Positions 1 through 7,533 of a stretch of DNA of 10,483 nucleotides are shown here, in pieces. The notes beneath the pieces are model-generated. The model ran no database searches. It saw only the letters and a program-made list of their open reading frames with translations, and was not told the origin of the DNA. Numbering within the stretch: position 1 is the first letter of the stretch; each line of letters starts with the position of its first letter. The translations under genes were made by a program, and so were the position numbers. The DNA comes from Bdellovibrionota bacterium (GTDB lineage Bacteria; Bdellovibrionota_C; UBA2361; OMII01), in the NCBI GenBank assembly GCA_044356215.1, contig JBIKWQ010000095.1, forward strand, positions 1 to 10,483. Reading direction: 5' to 3'.

Positions 1-209
1 AGTTGATATTCGATTTTCGAGATGGGAAAAAACCGCACCAGACTACGCCAAGGCTACGTCTGGTCCGACAAAAGCCTCGCCGGCCGTAGCTTTAGCGAAG
101 GTCGGAAGTGTATCCAGTGTGATACATTGAGGATTTTTTCCCATCTCGAAAACTCGAAGAGCAGCTCAAGATCCGCTTTCGCAGTAGGGAGGGGTTTTGC
201 CGGCCTTCC
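1..209. mobile_element. Truncated copy A of a dispersed palindromic MITE-like element (IS5-subgroup-like terminus)
   Basis: Reverse complement of 10273-10480 with 7 substitutions and 1 indel over 209 columns by manual alignment. Identity stops abruptly at ...CCGGCCTTCC (209), followed by CTAG (210-213). Internal 19-bp perfect inverted repeat at 14-32/134-152. No transposase ORF in the visible part. Confidence 0.7.
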
Positions 210-213
210 CTAG

Positions 214-248
214 GATAAAAACCCGAGCGCTGTTGGTCAGCGCTCGGG
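214..248 (-). terminator. Rho-independent terminator on the minus strand
   Basis: Perfect 11-bp GC-rich stem CCCGAGCGCTG (222-232)/CAGCGCTCGGG (238-248) with a 5-nt loop, followed on the minus strand by TTTTTAT (plus-strand A-tract 217-221). Confidence 0.8.
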
Positions 249-452
249 CCATGGGCTACGAAGAGCAGAATAAACGCTTAAGGTCCTTACAACGAACCTT
301 AGTTAGTTAAAGGGCAATAAGCGCCGACTATCCCTCGCTGTTCCCACAACGAGACATCGGCAGTAGTCGGTTACCCAGACCACTTTTTTACGCTGAGTTA
401 ATCAGAGCGGCTAATTTGTCCGCCCAGCTAACGTCTCTCCTCGCGTCCGTGT
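217..452 (-). ncRNA. Candidate structured non-coding RNA or leader, family not recognised
   Basis: No long ORF. Bounded by a promoter-like motif (459-487) and a terminator (214-248). Several helices whose irregular pairs read as G-U on the minus strand; GGGA tetraloop; possible pseudoknot 318-323/275-280. Confidence 0.5.
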
Positions 453-458
453 GAGTAC

Positions 459-487
459 AATCTATCAATAAACACCGGTGGTGATAA
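459..487 (-). promoter_or_regulatory. Putative sigma70 promoter for the candidate ncRNA
   Basis: Minus strand reads TTATCA (487-482) - 17 nt - TAGATT (464-459), with an extended -10 TG motif (TGaTAGATT). Confidence 0.4.
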
Positions 488-507
488 TGATCGAGGTTAG
501 GTAGTAA

Positions 508-1395
508 CTACTCGAGCTTTCCCGCCGCGGCATAAACACGAGCCGGTGGCTCTCGTAGGTTCCATACAAGTCCAAAAACAGAAAGTGCCTTTAGAATGTA
601 GTGAGAGATATCGATCTCCCACCAATAGAAGCCCTGACGCTCGGAGCCTGGATAGTAGTGGTGATTGTTGTGCCACCCTTCGCCTAAAGTAATCAAAGCT
701 AACAGCCAGTGATTCCTACTGTGGTCAGTCGATGGAAATCGACGCTTACCGATTAGGTGAGTGAAAGAGTTGATACAGAATGTTCCGTGATAAAGCAGTA
801 CAGTGCTGATGAAGAATCCCCACACTAACATCTGCCAGCCATTCGTGCCGAGGGCTGGGTTTGTGTGCTCAAGTAATACGCCGAGCAGAAAACATCCAAC
901 AGCTAGCAGGATCGGTGGAACCAAATTGAAACGCTCGAGGAGTCGCAGCTCAGGAAACTTTAGTAGGTCCTTAACCAGCTCAAGACGAGGCTCAATAAAC
1001 TGAGAGCTTAATACCCAACCAACATGCGCGAAGTAAATTCCAGATACGATCGGTGAGTGAATGTCCTCTGGTGTGTCGGAGTGTCTGTGATGGTGTCTGT
1101 GGTGAGATGCCCACCAGATCGGACCCTTCTGCGCGGCCGTTGTTCCCAGTACAGCTAGGCAAAATTGAAAGAAGCGACTGGTATCGTAAGAACGGTGAGA
1201 GAAATACCTGTGGTACGCACCTGTGATAGCGAACATGCGAATTACATACAGGGCCAAGCAGACAGCCACAGCGACCCAGCTAACGCCAACCCAGATGGCG
1301 GCGATGCAGGCCACGTGAACCGCCCAAAATACCCCCTGCTTGATCAGGTTAATCCAGTTAAAGTCGTCTTTTACGATCGCGTCGCCGTGGTACAT
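508..1395 (-). CDS. Delta-9-type acyl-CoA/acyl-lipid fatty acid desaturase (OLE1/DesC-like), 295 aa
   Basis: Three His boxes HRYFSH, HHRHHH and GEGWHNNHH, plus hydrophobic membrane segments. Start moved from the track's 1473 to the ATG at 1395 (MYHGDAIV...), which is preceded by the SD-like AGGAAAGGA. Confidence 0.93.
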   Translation of the reverse strand: MYHGDAIVKDDFNWINLIKQGVFWAVHVACIAAIWVGVSWVAVAVCLALYVIRMFAITGAYHRYFSHRSYDTSRFFQFCLAVLGTTAAQKGPIWWASHHRHHHRHSDTPEDIHSPIVSGIYFAHVGWVLSSQFIEPRLELVKDLLKFPELRLLERFNLVPPILLAVGCFLLGVLLEHTNPALGTNGWQMLVWGFFISTVLLYHGTFCINSFTHLIGKRRFPSTDHSRNHWLLALITLGEGWHNNHHYYPGSERQGFYWWEIDISHYILKALSVFGLVWNLREPPARVYAAAGKLE

Positions 1396-1537
1396 GATTC
1401 CTTTCCTAATATATAGCGCGCCTCTATGGTGCCATGTTCCTGATCCTTGAACAAGGAGCTGGGCCCGCCACAATCCTGTAAAGATGAGTTGAAGGGGATC
1501 AGATTAAGCTGTTGTTTACCCCGGATTGGTTTGGTAA

Positions 1538-1563
1538 GCCGTGAGATATTATAAACTTACGGC
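1538..1563. promoter_or_regulatory. Imperfect inverted repeat enclosing a minus-strand TATAAT; possible promoter/operator of the desaturase
   Basis: GCCGTGAG-N10-CTTACGGC (7/8 match). The spacer contains ATTATA at 1548-1553 (TATAAT on minus). No good -35. Confidence 0.35.
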
Positions 1564-1654
1564 AACTTCAGCAGCTACCTAAACGGCGCGAACGCACCGT
1601 CTTTAACAAAACATCTCGTAAGCGAGGTCTTGACGCGATCCGCTCTTCTCTTCG

Positions 1655-2041
1655 CTACGCCACATCCCTCGCGGCAACTCTTTTGGCGCGCATCCAGAGG
1701 CTCTCGATGTCATATTCAGCTCGAACTGGTTCGTAAAAGATATGAACTACGACATCTCCACAATCGACCAGCACCCATTGGCCATCCTCGTATCCCTCAA
1801 CAGAGAGAGGCTTGATCCCGGAGCGGTATAGCTCCTCCATAACTCGATTTGTAATTCCTTGAACTTGGCGGTCAGATCGACCAGACACAACTACAAAGTA
1901 ATCCGCGAAATCAGATATTGAGTTAACGTCGAGGATAACCAGATCCTGACCCTTAACATCCTCACAGCCCTTCACGATCCTTTTAACAGTATCAAATGAA
2001 GCGACGTCATCCTTAACAACCAATGCGAGGTTATTTCTCAT
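1655..2041 (-). CDS. rsfS: Ribosome silencing factor RsfS (iojap/YbeB family)
   Basis: 128 aa with family motifs DVKGQDLVILDV, ADYFVVVSGRSDRQV, EG...WVLVDCGDVVVHIF and R..YDIESLW. GGAGG upstream. Confidence 0.95.
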   Translation of the reverse strand: MRNNLALVVKDDVASFDTVKRIVKGCEDVKGQDLVILDVNSISDFADYFVVVSGRSDRQVQGITNRVMEELYRSGIKPLSVEGYEDGQWVLVDCGDVVVHIFYEPVRAEYDIESLWMRAKRVAARDVA

Positions 2042-2348
2042 ACAGCGCGGGATCCTCCGTGTTTAATGGTGATTTAGACAGTGTAACAACTTCGAACAAC
2101 GAAATACGGTTTTGTCTATTAGAATTTTGGAGATTAATAGAGCGGGGATTCAACAGATCTGAATTCGGTAAGGAAACCGACGTGTTTCTAAGGGTTATTT
2201 GGTGCCTAGTTGCTATGCAAAACTCCTAGTCTGGGGTGGTCTATATGGCCCCCAATTACCTAACACTCTTTTAAGATGATCTTAGCACCAACTTGGATTC
2301 AGCACAAAGGGCATTGTTGAAAAGTGAGTAAAATCATAAGGTTCTTTT

Positions 2349-3518
2349 ATGAAAAAGCTAATACAAAATATCCTTATAGTGATTTCATCATTGGCAGTCT
2401 CGCTAATTGTTTGCGAGCTTGTCGCGCGTCGGATAATACCCCCACAGATGACGGTGCAGGCTAAGTCCGAATCGCGCACGCCGAGCCAAGCGGCGGAGAA
2501 GGCCGTGACCGGTGACGACGGCTCTATCAACAGCGTCATAGATTGGTCCGGCCACTACGGAATCAGGCTTAACCCAAATGTTACCGCGACCATCCGCAAC
2601 CACACTCTGAGTAAGGAAGATGTTGTAATCCGAGTCAACTCGCTAGGGCTACGTGGGCCTAACGTGGGCCCAAAAGAACCTGATGAGTTCCGCATATTAG
2701 CGATCGGAGATTCAATAACATTCGGCGATTATATGGATGAGTCTCTCACGATCCCGGCCTTACTTGAAAAAGAACTAAAGCAGGCGGGCAAGAAAGTTAC
2801 GGTATTAAACGCGGGGCTTCCCGGCGCTACCGCTAGTGATGAGTTCTATCACTACATGGAGCTTCAAGAGCAGATAAAACCGGACCTGGTTTTAATCGGA
2901 GCGTATCTAAATGACGCCGCGCAGACCCGTAAATTTTACGTAAAAACCTTGCGGTTCCCCTTTAATCAGAGCCGCTTTTTGACCTGGGCGTTCCAGAGGT
3001 TTCAGCTTATAGACATGGATAGTTTATTCTCAGCCAAGGAGATGACTGATGTTTCATCTGATTGGCGCGAGAAGTTTCGCGGAGGCAGGAACCTCTCTAG
3101 TGGAGATCCCTTAGGGAGACGCGAAGGATTTGATTTTGAGATCTACAACGCGCACAACGATTTCGGTCTCGGATGGAGCTCTGAAGCCTGGGATAGATTA
3201 GAGAAGATATACAGCTCGTGGTTTGAGATCGCCAAACGAAACGGGACAAAGGTGGCTATGCATGTGTTTCCTGTGTGGTTTCAGATCTACGCTAAAGATA
3301 ACGTCATGAGCACATATCCGCAGGATAACTTTCAGCGTGTCTGCGCGGCGAGTGATGTTCCATATCTAGATCTTTTGCCCTACCTAAGACAGATCGCGGC
3401 GTCAGGTATGCAGAAGAGCGATCTGCTGTGGGATCACTGTCACTACAAGGTGGCCGGAAACGAGCTGGTCGCTAAGCACTTGGCTGAGTGGTTGGTGAGG
3501 GATGGGATGGTTAAGTAG
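2349..3518 (+). CDS. Membrane-anchored SGNH/GDSL hydrolase family protein
   Basis: N-terminal TM helix, N(S)LGLRG motif, block I GDSITFG, block II NAGLPG, block III YLND, block V DHCH (DxxH). Confidence 0.88.
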   Translation: MKKLIQNILIVISSLAVSLIVCELVARRIIPPQMTVQAKSESRTPSQAAEKAVTGDDGSINSVIDWSGHYGIRLNPNVTATIRNHTLSKEDVVIRVNSLGLRGPNVGPKEPDEFRILAIGDSITFGDYMDESLTIPALLEKELKQAGKKVTVLNAGLPGATASDEFYHYMELQEQIKPDLVLIGAYLNDAAQTRKFYVKTLRFPFNQSRFLTWAFQRFQLIDMDSLFSAKEMTDVSSDWREKFRGGRNLSSGDPLGRREGFDFEIYNAHNDFGLGWSSEAWDRLEKIYSSWFEIAKRNGTKVAMHVFPVWFQIYAKDNVMSTYPQDNFQRVCAASDVPYLDLLPYLRQIAASGMQKSDLLWDHCHYKVAGNELVAKHLAEWLVRDGMVK

Positions 3519-3541
3519 GGGGTCAACTCCGACATGGCACT

Positions 3542-4486
3542 TCAATCCACAATACGATTGGTTTCCCTCCTGAAAAAATATCTCGTAAGCGGGGATTCTC
3601 CGCTCTTCCTTAATTCCTTTTGAACCCTCGATGCATGAGAGGTTTCGATGACGATTGTGATGAGTATTATCAACCCGCCGACGATTACTGATGGATTTGG
3701 GAGATCCCCAAGTATTACCCAGCCAAGAGCGACGCCGTATACCGGCTCAAGAGTGGTTGCAGTACTTGCGAACTGGGCGCTCACGGTCTTTAGAGAGTAA
3801 AGAAAGAGCGAATGCGCCAAAGCTGTGCAGAAGATCCCAAGCAACAGTAGTAGTAACAGGTCTTTGGGGGTCACTGTGAATGAACTCTGGAAAACAAATG
3901 GGAAGAGAAGCATGCCCGCTAGCCCATTTTGCCACATCGCTATAGATAGAGGTGAGAGGGTGTCGGAGCGCAGCTTGTTTGCGACTGATAGCAGAGCGAA
4001 TAACAGTCCGGATAAAGTCCCTATTATCAGACCACGAGTAGCACTTTCGGAAAAATTTATGGATGGATTTGCGATGGATAGTCCACAGATTAGCATAAAA
4101 ACGACTATTATATTCCGAAGACTGATTCTTGATCGCGTGCAGTAGGGCTCTATCAGTGTCGTGAAGATCGGGTAAGCCGAAAACGATACGAGCCCTATGG
4201 CAAGGCTCGAGATTTGAATGGCGTAAAAAAACGTCAGCCAGTGCGTCGCCAGCAGAGCCGCTGTTATGAAATGAAATGATAGATCCTTTACTGTAGGTAG
4301 GGACCGATTCGTGCCTTTCGCAACAAACGGAAGAATGACCAATGCGGACACTACTGCCCTGGCAAAAACGATGAAGGTAGCGGGCAGTGATAGTGTCTTG
4401 GCCACCACTCCTGCGAGTCCGAAGAGTAAGACTGATATGTGAAGCGAGCACAGTGTTCCTGAAGACTGACGCAGCTCTGAATTCAT
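3542..4486 (-). CDS. EamA/DMT family transporter
   Basis: 314 aa with ~10 hydrophobic segments in two repeats. Motifs HWLTFFYAIQ, PIFTTLIEP, CTALAHSLF and LEPVYG. SD AAGGAG upstream. Confidence 0.9.
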   Translation of the reverse strand: MNSELRQSSGTLCSLHISVLLFGLAGVVAKTLSLPATFIVFARAVVSALVILPFVAKGTNRSLPTVKDLSFHFITAALLATHWLTFFYAIQISSLAIGLVSFSAYPIFTTLIEPYCTRSRISLRNIIVVFMLICGLSIANPSINFSESATRGLIIGTLSGLLFALLSVANKLRSDTLSPLSIAMWQNGLAGMLLFPFVFQSSFTVTPKDLLLLLLLGIFCTALAHSLFLYSLKTVSAQFASTATTLEPVYGVALGWVILGDLPNPSVIVGGLIILITIVIETSHASRVQKELRKSGESPLTRYFFRRETNRIVD

Positions 4487-4552
4487 GACGATTCTCCTTT
4501 TAAAACCAGAGACAGTGTCGCGTGAAACGTGCTATTTAGGGAACAGAAGTTA

Positions 4553-4589
4553 AAATATGACTAAAAAGCGCTGTTTTTAAGTCATATTT
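4553..4589. promoter_or_regulatory. Inverted repeat operator candidate between divergent EamA and Lrp-like genes
   Basis: Perfect 10-bp arms AAATATGACT (4553-4562)/AGTCATATTT (4580-4589). The 17-bp spacer adds an AAAAA/TTTTT pairing. Confidence 0.6.
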
Positions 4590-4609
4590 AATACGCTTTA
4601 AGGAATAAC

Positions 4610-5569
4610 ATGGCAGACCGTATTGATCGACTAGTGCTGACAGAGCTTGATATTAACGCGCGAATAAGCACCAGTGAGCTCGCTCGGAGGCTCCGATTGG
4701 GACGGGATATTGTTGAGTACAGACTCGAGAAACTTAGGGACGACGGGGTACTAACAAAGACAATGGCGCAGATTAACCCTTATAGGTTGGGTTTGATGAT
4801 ATTTAAGTGCTATCTACGATTACGATCCTCAGTGAATAGGCGGCAAGAGTTGATAACTTGGCTCAAGCTAAAGCGTTCGGTGTTCTGGGTCGCGGAGACT
4901 TGGGGGCGATTTGATGCGGCTTTCTCGGCGCTTGTTCGTTCGCCGGATGATTTCGATAAGCTGCAAATCAGTTTGCTAACGAGCTTCCCGGACCTCATCC
5001 TTTCTCACGAGATGGCGCTGAATGTAGAAGTTTTAAGCTATCCTCGCCGCCATCTTGTGAAATCTAGTTCCAAATCGAAGGCTCTCAGGTGGGGAGGGAA
5101 ATTACAGCAGTACAACTTAGACGCAGTTGAAGCGCACATCATATCGTGTCTTTCAGAGGATGCGCGGCTGTCACTAACGGATTTAGCGGATCGTTGTTCA
5201 AGTACGCCAGCCATTGTGAGTCGCCGCGTGGCCGCGCTCGAGGACGCTGGGGTAATTATTGGTTACAGAACACAAGTCGATCTCGCTAAGCTTGGGTTGC
5301 GCTATGTGAAGTCCCAATTGGAAATTTCAGAGAGCATAAAGGGTACAACAGTTGCTCAGGCACTAATGAGATTTTGCGAAACGGCACCCAATGTGGTGTA
5401 CCTCATCCGACAGCTTGGTCAATACCGGGTCGAGGTTGAAAGTGAGGAAGCGGCGGATGGTGAATATGGGATAATCCTTCCAGCGCTTGATTCAACACTT
5501 GGCCATTATCTCAAATCATCTGAGATGCTCTTGATCTCCAAGGACCACCATCATCGGCTAAACCTCTGA
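4610..5569 (+). CDS. Lrp/AsnC-family transcriptional regulator with two tandem HTH + effector-domain repeats
   Basis: Two AsnC-type HTH motifs: DRIDRLVLTELDINARISTSELARRL...RLEKLRDDGVL and LDAVEAHIISCLSEDARLSLTDLADRC...RVAALEDAGVIIGY. 319 aa is about twice a normal Lrp. SD AAGGA. Confidence 0.85.
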   Translation: MADRIDRLVLTELDINARISTSELARRLRLGRDIVEYRLEKLRDDGVLTKTMAQINPYRLGLMIFKCYLRLRSSVNRRQELITWLKLKRSVFWVAETWGRFDAAFSALVRSPDDFDKLQISLLTSFPDLILSHEMALNVEVLSYPRRHLVKSSSKSKALRWGGKLQQYNLDAVEAHIISCLSEDARLSLTDLADRCSSTPAIVSRRVAALEDAGVIIGYRTQVDLAKLGLRYVKSQLEISESIKGTTVAQALMRFCETAPNVVYLIRQLGQYRVEVESEEAADGEYGIILPALDSTLGHYLKSSEMLLISKDHHHRLNL

Positions 5570-5775
5570 ATGCCGTCCGCTATCAACTCGAGGATCCAAG
5601 TATTCCTTGATAATTTCAGCTTGCTAAATTTGATAATTAATCCAATAGCTAATCGGGTTTAGCTGCTAGTTTGAGTCTTTGGTTTGAGCCTTTGCCCAGC
5701 TCGTATAATCGTAGTTCTATGGAAATGCGACCGTTGACGTTCGGCAGTATTGCTGTTACCCCCGAAAGCCCTCGT

Positions 5776-5804
5776 TTGAGTAGCATCCCGCTAGCAGGTA
5801 CAAT
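5776..5804 (+). promoter_or_regulatory. Putative sigma70 promoter giving a leaderless or near-leaderless transcript
   Basis: TTGAGT (5776-5781) - 17 nt - TACAAT (5799-5804). ATG lies 8 nt downstream and there is no SD. Confidence 0.5.
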
Positions 5805-5812
5805 CCTCCACC

Positions 5813-6511
5813 ATGACTAAAAAGAATTGCATCGCCTTTTTTTCGACCTTGCTTTTAGCGCTTTCATTCCTTGGATGCGCTGATAGCTCGAGTGACAACA
5901 AGACAAACCTACGCTTTATGAACGCCGTGGTGGGGGTAGGGGATGTCGATCTTCTGATTGACTCTGATGAGTACCTTGAGAACGTTTCTTATCTTGAGAG
6001 CACAGCTTATCTTGAGTTCGATACCGATCCGCACCTATTTCAGGTAACCCCATCAAACTCCCTGACCCCGATCGATTCGCAGCTGACCTCTTTGCAGGAC
6101 GATGTTGACTACACATATATCGCGTGCGGCACATCGAGTGAGGCAGAGGCGATCCTTTTAAGGGATGACAACGAGCCAGCGGGCGACGGTAGCTTCAGGG
6201 GGAGAATAATTAACGTCTTTAAGAAAGGGGTGAGTTTTGATGTTTACGTCCTAGCTAACTCGAGCGATGTAGATCGGTTAGAGCCTACAGCAAAAAAGAT
6301 CGGCTATAAGGCCGCGACAGGTTATCAAGCGGCGCGTTCGGGGAGATACGACATCGTTGTTAGGCGAAGCAGAACCAGTGAGGTGGTAGCTAAGGTAGCG
6401 GGACAAGAGTTTAAGTCAGAGAGCGTCTACTCGATCATGTTGGTAGCTGATGGAGAAAATCCGGATAAGACAAGAGTTCTGGTTCTTACTGACAGGGAGA
6501 ACGGCAATTAA
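5813..6511 (+). CDS. DUF4397-like domain lipoprotein
   Basis: Signal peptide with lipobox FLGC (Cys22). Two internal repeats of the pattern R-x-x-N-[AV]...D-[VL]...Y...Y (LRFMNAV..VDLLID..SYLESTAY; GRIINVF..FDVYV..GYKAATGY). Confidence 0.75.
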   Translation: MTKKNCIAFFSTLLLALSFLGCADSSSDNKTNLRFMNAVVGVGDVDLLIDSDEYLENVSYLESTAYLEFDTDPHLFQVTPSNSLTPIDSQLTSLQDDVDYTYIACGTSSEAEAILLRDDNEPAGDGSFRGRIINVFKKGVSFDVYVLANSSDVDRLEPTAKKIGYKAATGYQAARSGRYDIVVRRSRTSEVVAKVAGQEFKSESVYSIMLVADGENPDKTRVLVLTDRENGN

Positions 6512-6562
6512 TAAGAGCTGCGGGGCTATCCACTCTCGGGCTCACAGTGGTACTGTAAGCAG

Positions 6563-7390
6563 ATGTCACACGACTCAAAAGCAAAAGAAGCTGTTGGCCG
6601 TTTTCTTGAGATCACCAGTAAACTGCGGGATCCCCAGAATGGCTGCCCATGGGATCTCAAGCAGACCTTTGAGAGCTTGAAGCCTCTACTGATTGAGGAG
6701 GCGTATGAAGTCGCCGACGCGGTGGAGGTCGGGCCAGAGGCAGTTCGTGAGGAGCTTGGTGATCTCGTTTCCCTTATCGGGCTGTTTTCGCAGGTTGCCA
6801 CTGAGCGTGGCCAATTCGCCTTCGCCGACGTGGTAGACGGAATCTCAGATAAACTAGTTCGTCGTCATCCTCACATCTTTGGCGATACTAAGGTTTCAGG
6901 GGCCGATGAGGTCTTGCGAAACTGGGAGCGGATTAAGCAGGAGGAGCGAAAAGCATCCAAAAGTGGTGATAGCCCTAAGGGGCTTTTAGCTGGCGTACCG
7001 AAGTCGCTCCCAGCGCTTTTGAAGGCCCATCAGATAGGTGAGCGTTGCGCTCGGGTCGGTTTTGATTGGCAATCAAGTGATGGCGTAACGGATAAAGTCC
7101 GCGAGGAGTTGGATGAGTTCCTTCGCGAGGCCGGGGCAATTGACCCCAGTGCGTCTCCGGATCCCGCTCGAGAAGCGGCCCTTGAGGAGTTTGGGGATCT
7201 CTTATTTACCCTCGCTCAGTACGGTCGTCACATGGGATTTAATTCTGAAGAAGCTTTAAGCGCGGCAAATCGCAAATTTATGACCCGATTCAGTCGGGTA
7301 GAAAAACTAGCTGACGGCAGGTCCTTAGCGGAGCTTTCGGCGGAAGAGCTTGAGGGGTTGTGGGCGGCGGCTAAGTCAGCCGAAAAATAG
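6563..7390 (+). CDS. mazG: Nucleoside triphosphate pyrophosphohydrolase MazG (tandem domain)
   Basis: Motifs [47 protein letters not shown] and ANRKF..RF. Confidence 0.97.
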   Translation: MSHDSKAKEAVGRFLEITSKLRDPQNGCPWDLKQTFESLKPLLIEEAYEVADAVEVGPEAVREELGDLVSLIGLFSQVATERGQFAFADVVDGISDKLVRRHPHIFGDTKVSGADEVLRNWERIKQEERKASKSGDSPKGLLAGVPKSLPALLKAHQIGERCARVGFDWQSSDGVTDKVREELDEFLREAGAIDPSASPDPAREAALEEFGDLLFTLAQYGRHMGFNSEEALSAANRKFMTRFSRVEKLADGRSLAELSAEELEGLWAAAKSAEK

Positions 7391-7441
7391 CCTTTAATCG
7401 CGGTATTTCGTCCACATCACGCCGAAAGATCGCCCCGCAAC

Positions 7442-7470
7442 TTGTTAGAGTGGCCGTACTAGGATACCAT
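7442..7470 (+). promoter_or_regulatory. Putative sigma70 promoter of ahcY
   Basis: TTGTTA (7442-7447) - 17 nt - TACCAT (7465-7470). Confidence 0.4.
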
Positions 7471-7533
7471 CCTTGCGTTGCTCGAGGCCCAGCTTTATTT
7501 GGGGTCCCAGGTTTAGATAGGATTAAACTTATT

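Noticed and set aside
22..213. 63-aa ORF and its 69-aa counterpart at 10269-10478 with near-identical C-termini
   Set aside because: Both lie within the palindromic repeat. A 1-nt indel changes the N-terminal frame between copies, there is no recognisable domain, and the similarity is explained by the DNA repeat.
380..450. Glycine-riboswitch-like words (GAGGAGAGA, UCAG..UAAAAA) and several GGA motifs (CsrB-like) in the candidate ncRNA
   Set aside because: The conserved CCGAAG core is absent. The GGA count (~6 in 235 nt) is not clearly above chance and most are not in loops.
1396..1473. N-terminal extension of the desaturase in the ORF track, and a sigma54-like TGGCAC-N-GC motif on the minus strand
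   Set aside because: A strong SD precedes ATG 1395. The -12 element reads AGGC rather than TTGC, which is too weak to call.
3747..4451. 234-aa alternative-frame ORF, plus other short shadow ORFs (803, 1165, 1630, 2023, 2282, 2403, 3691, 3825, 4810, 5916, 6450, 6526, 7371, 8257, 8325, 9750)
   Set aside because: They overlap well-supported genes in other frames or strands and have no recognisable motifs.
5623..5663. Hairpin GCTAAATTTGAT/ATCGGGTTTAGC after the Lrp-like gene
   Set aside because: Three G-U pairs, a large loop and no clean U-tract; too weak to call as a terminator.
7450..7533. N-terminal extension of AhcY from GTG 7450
   Set aside because: Not AhcY-like and overlaps the predicted promoter; ATG 7534 or 7546 fits better.
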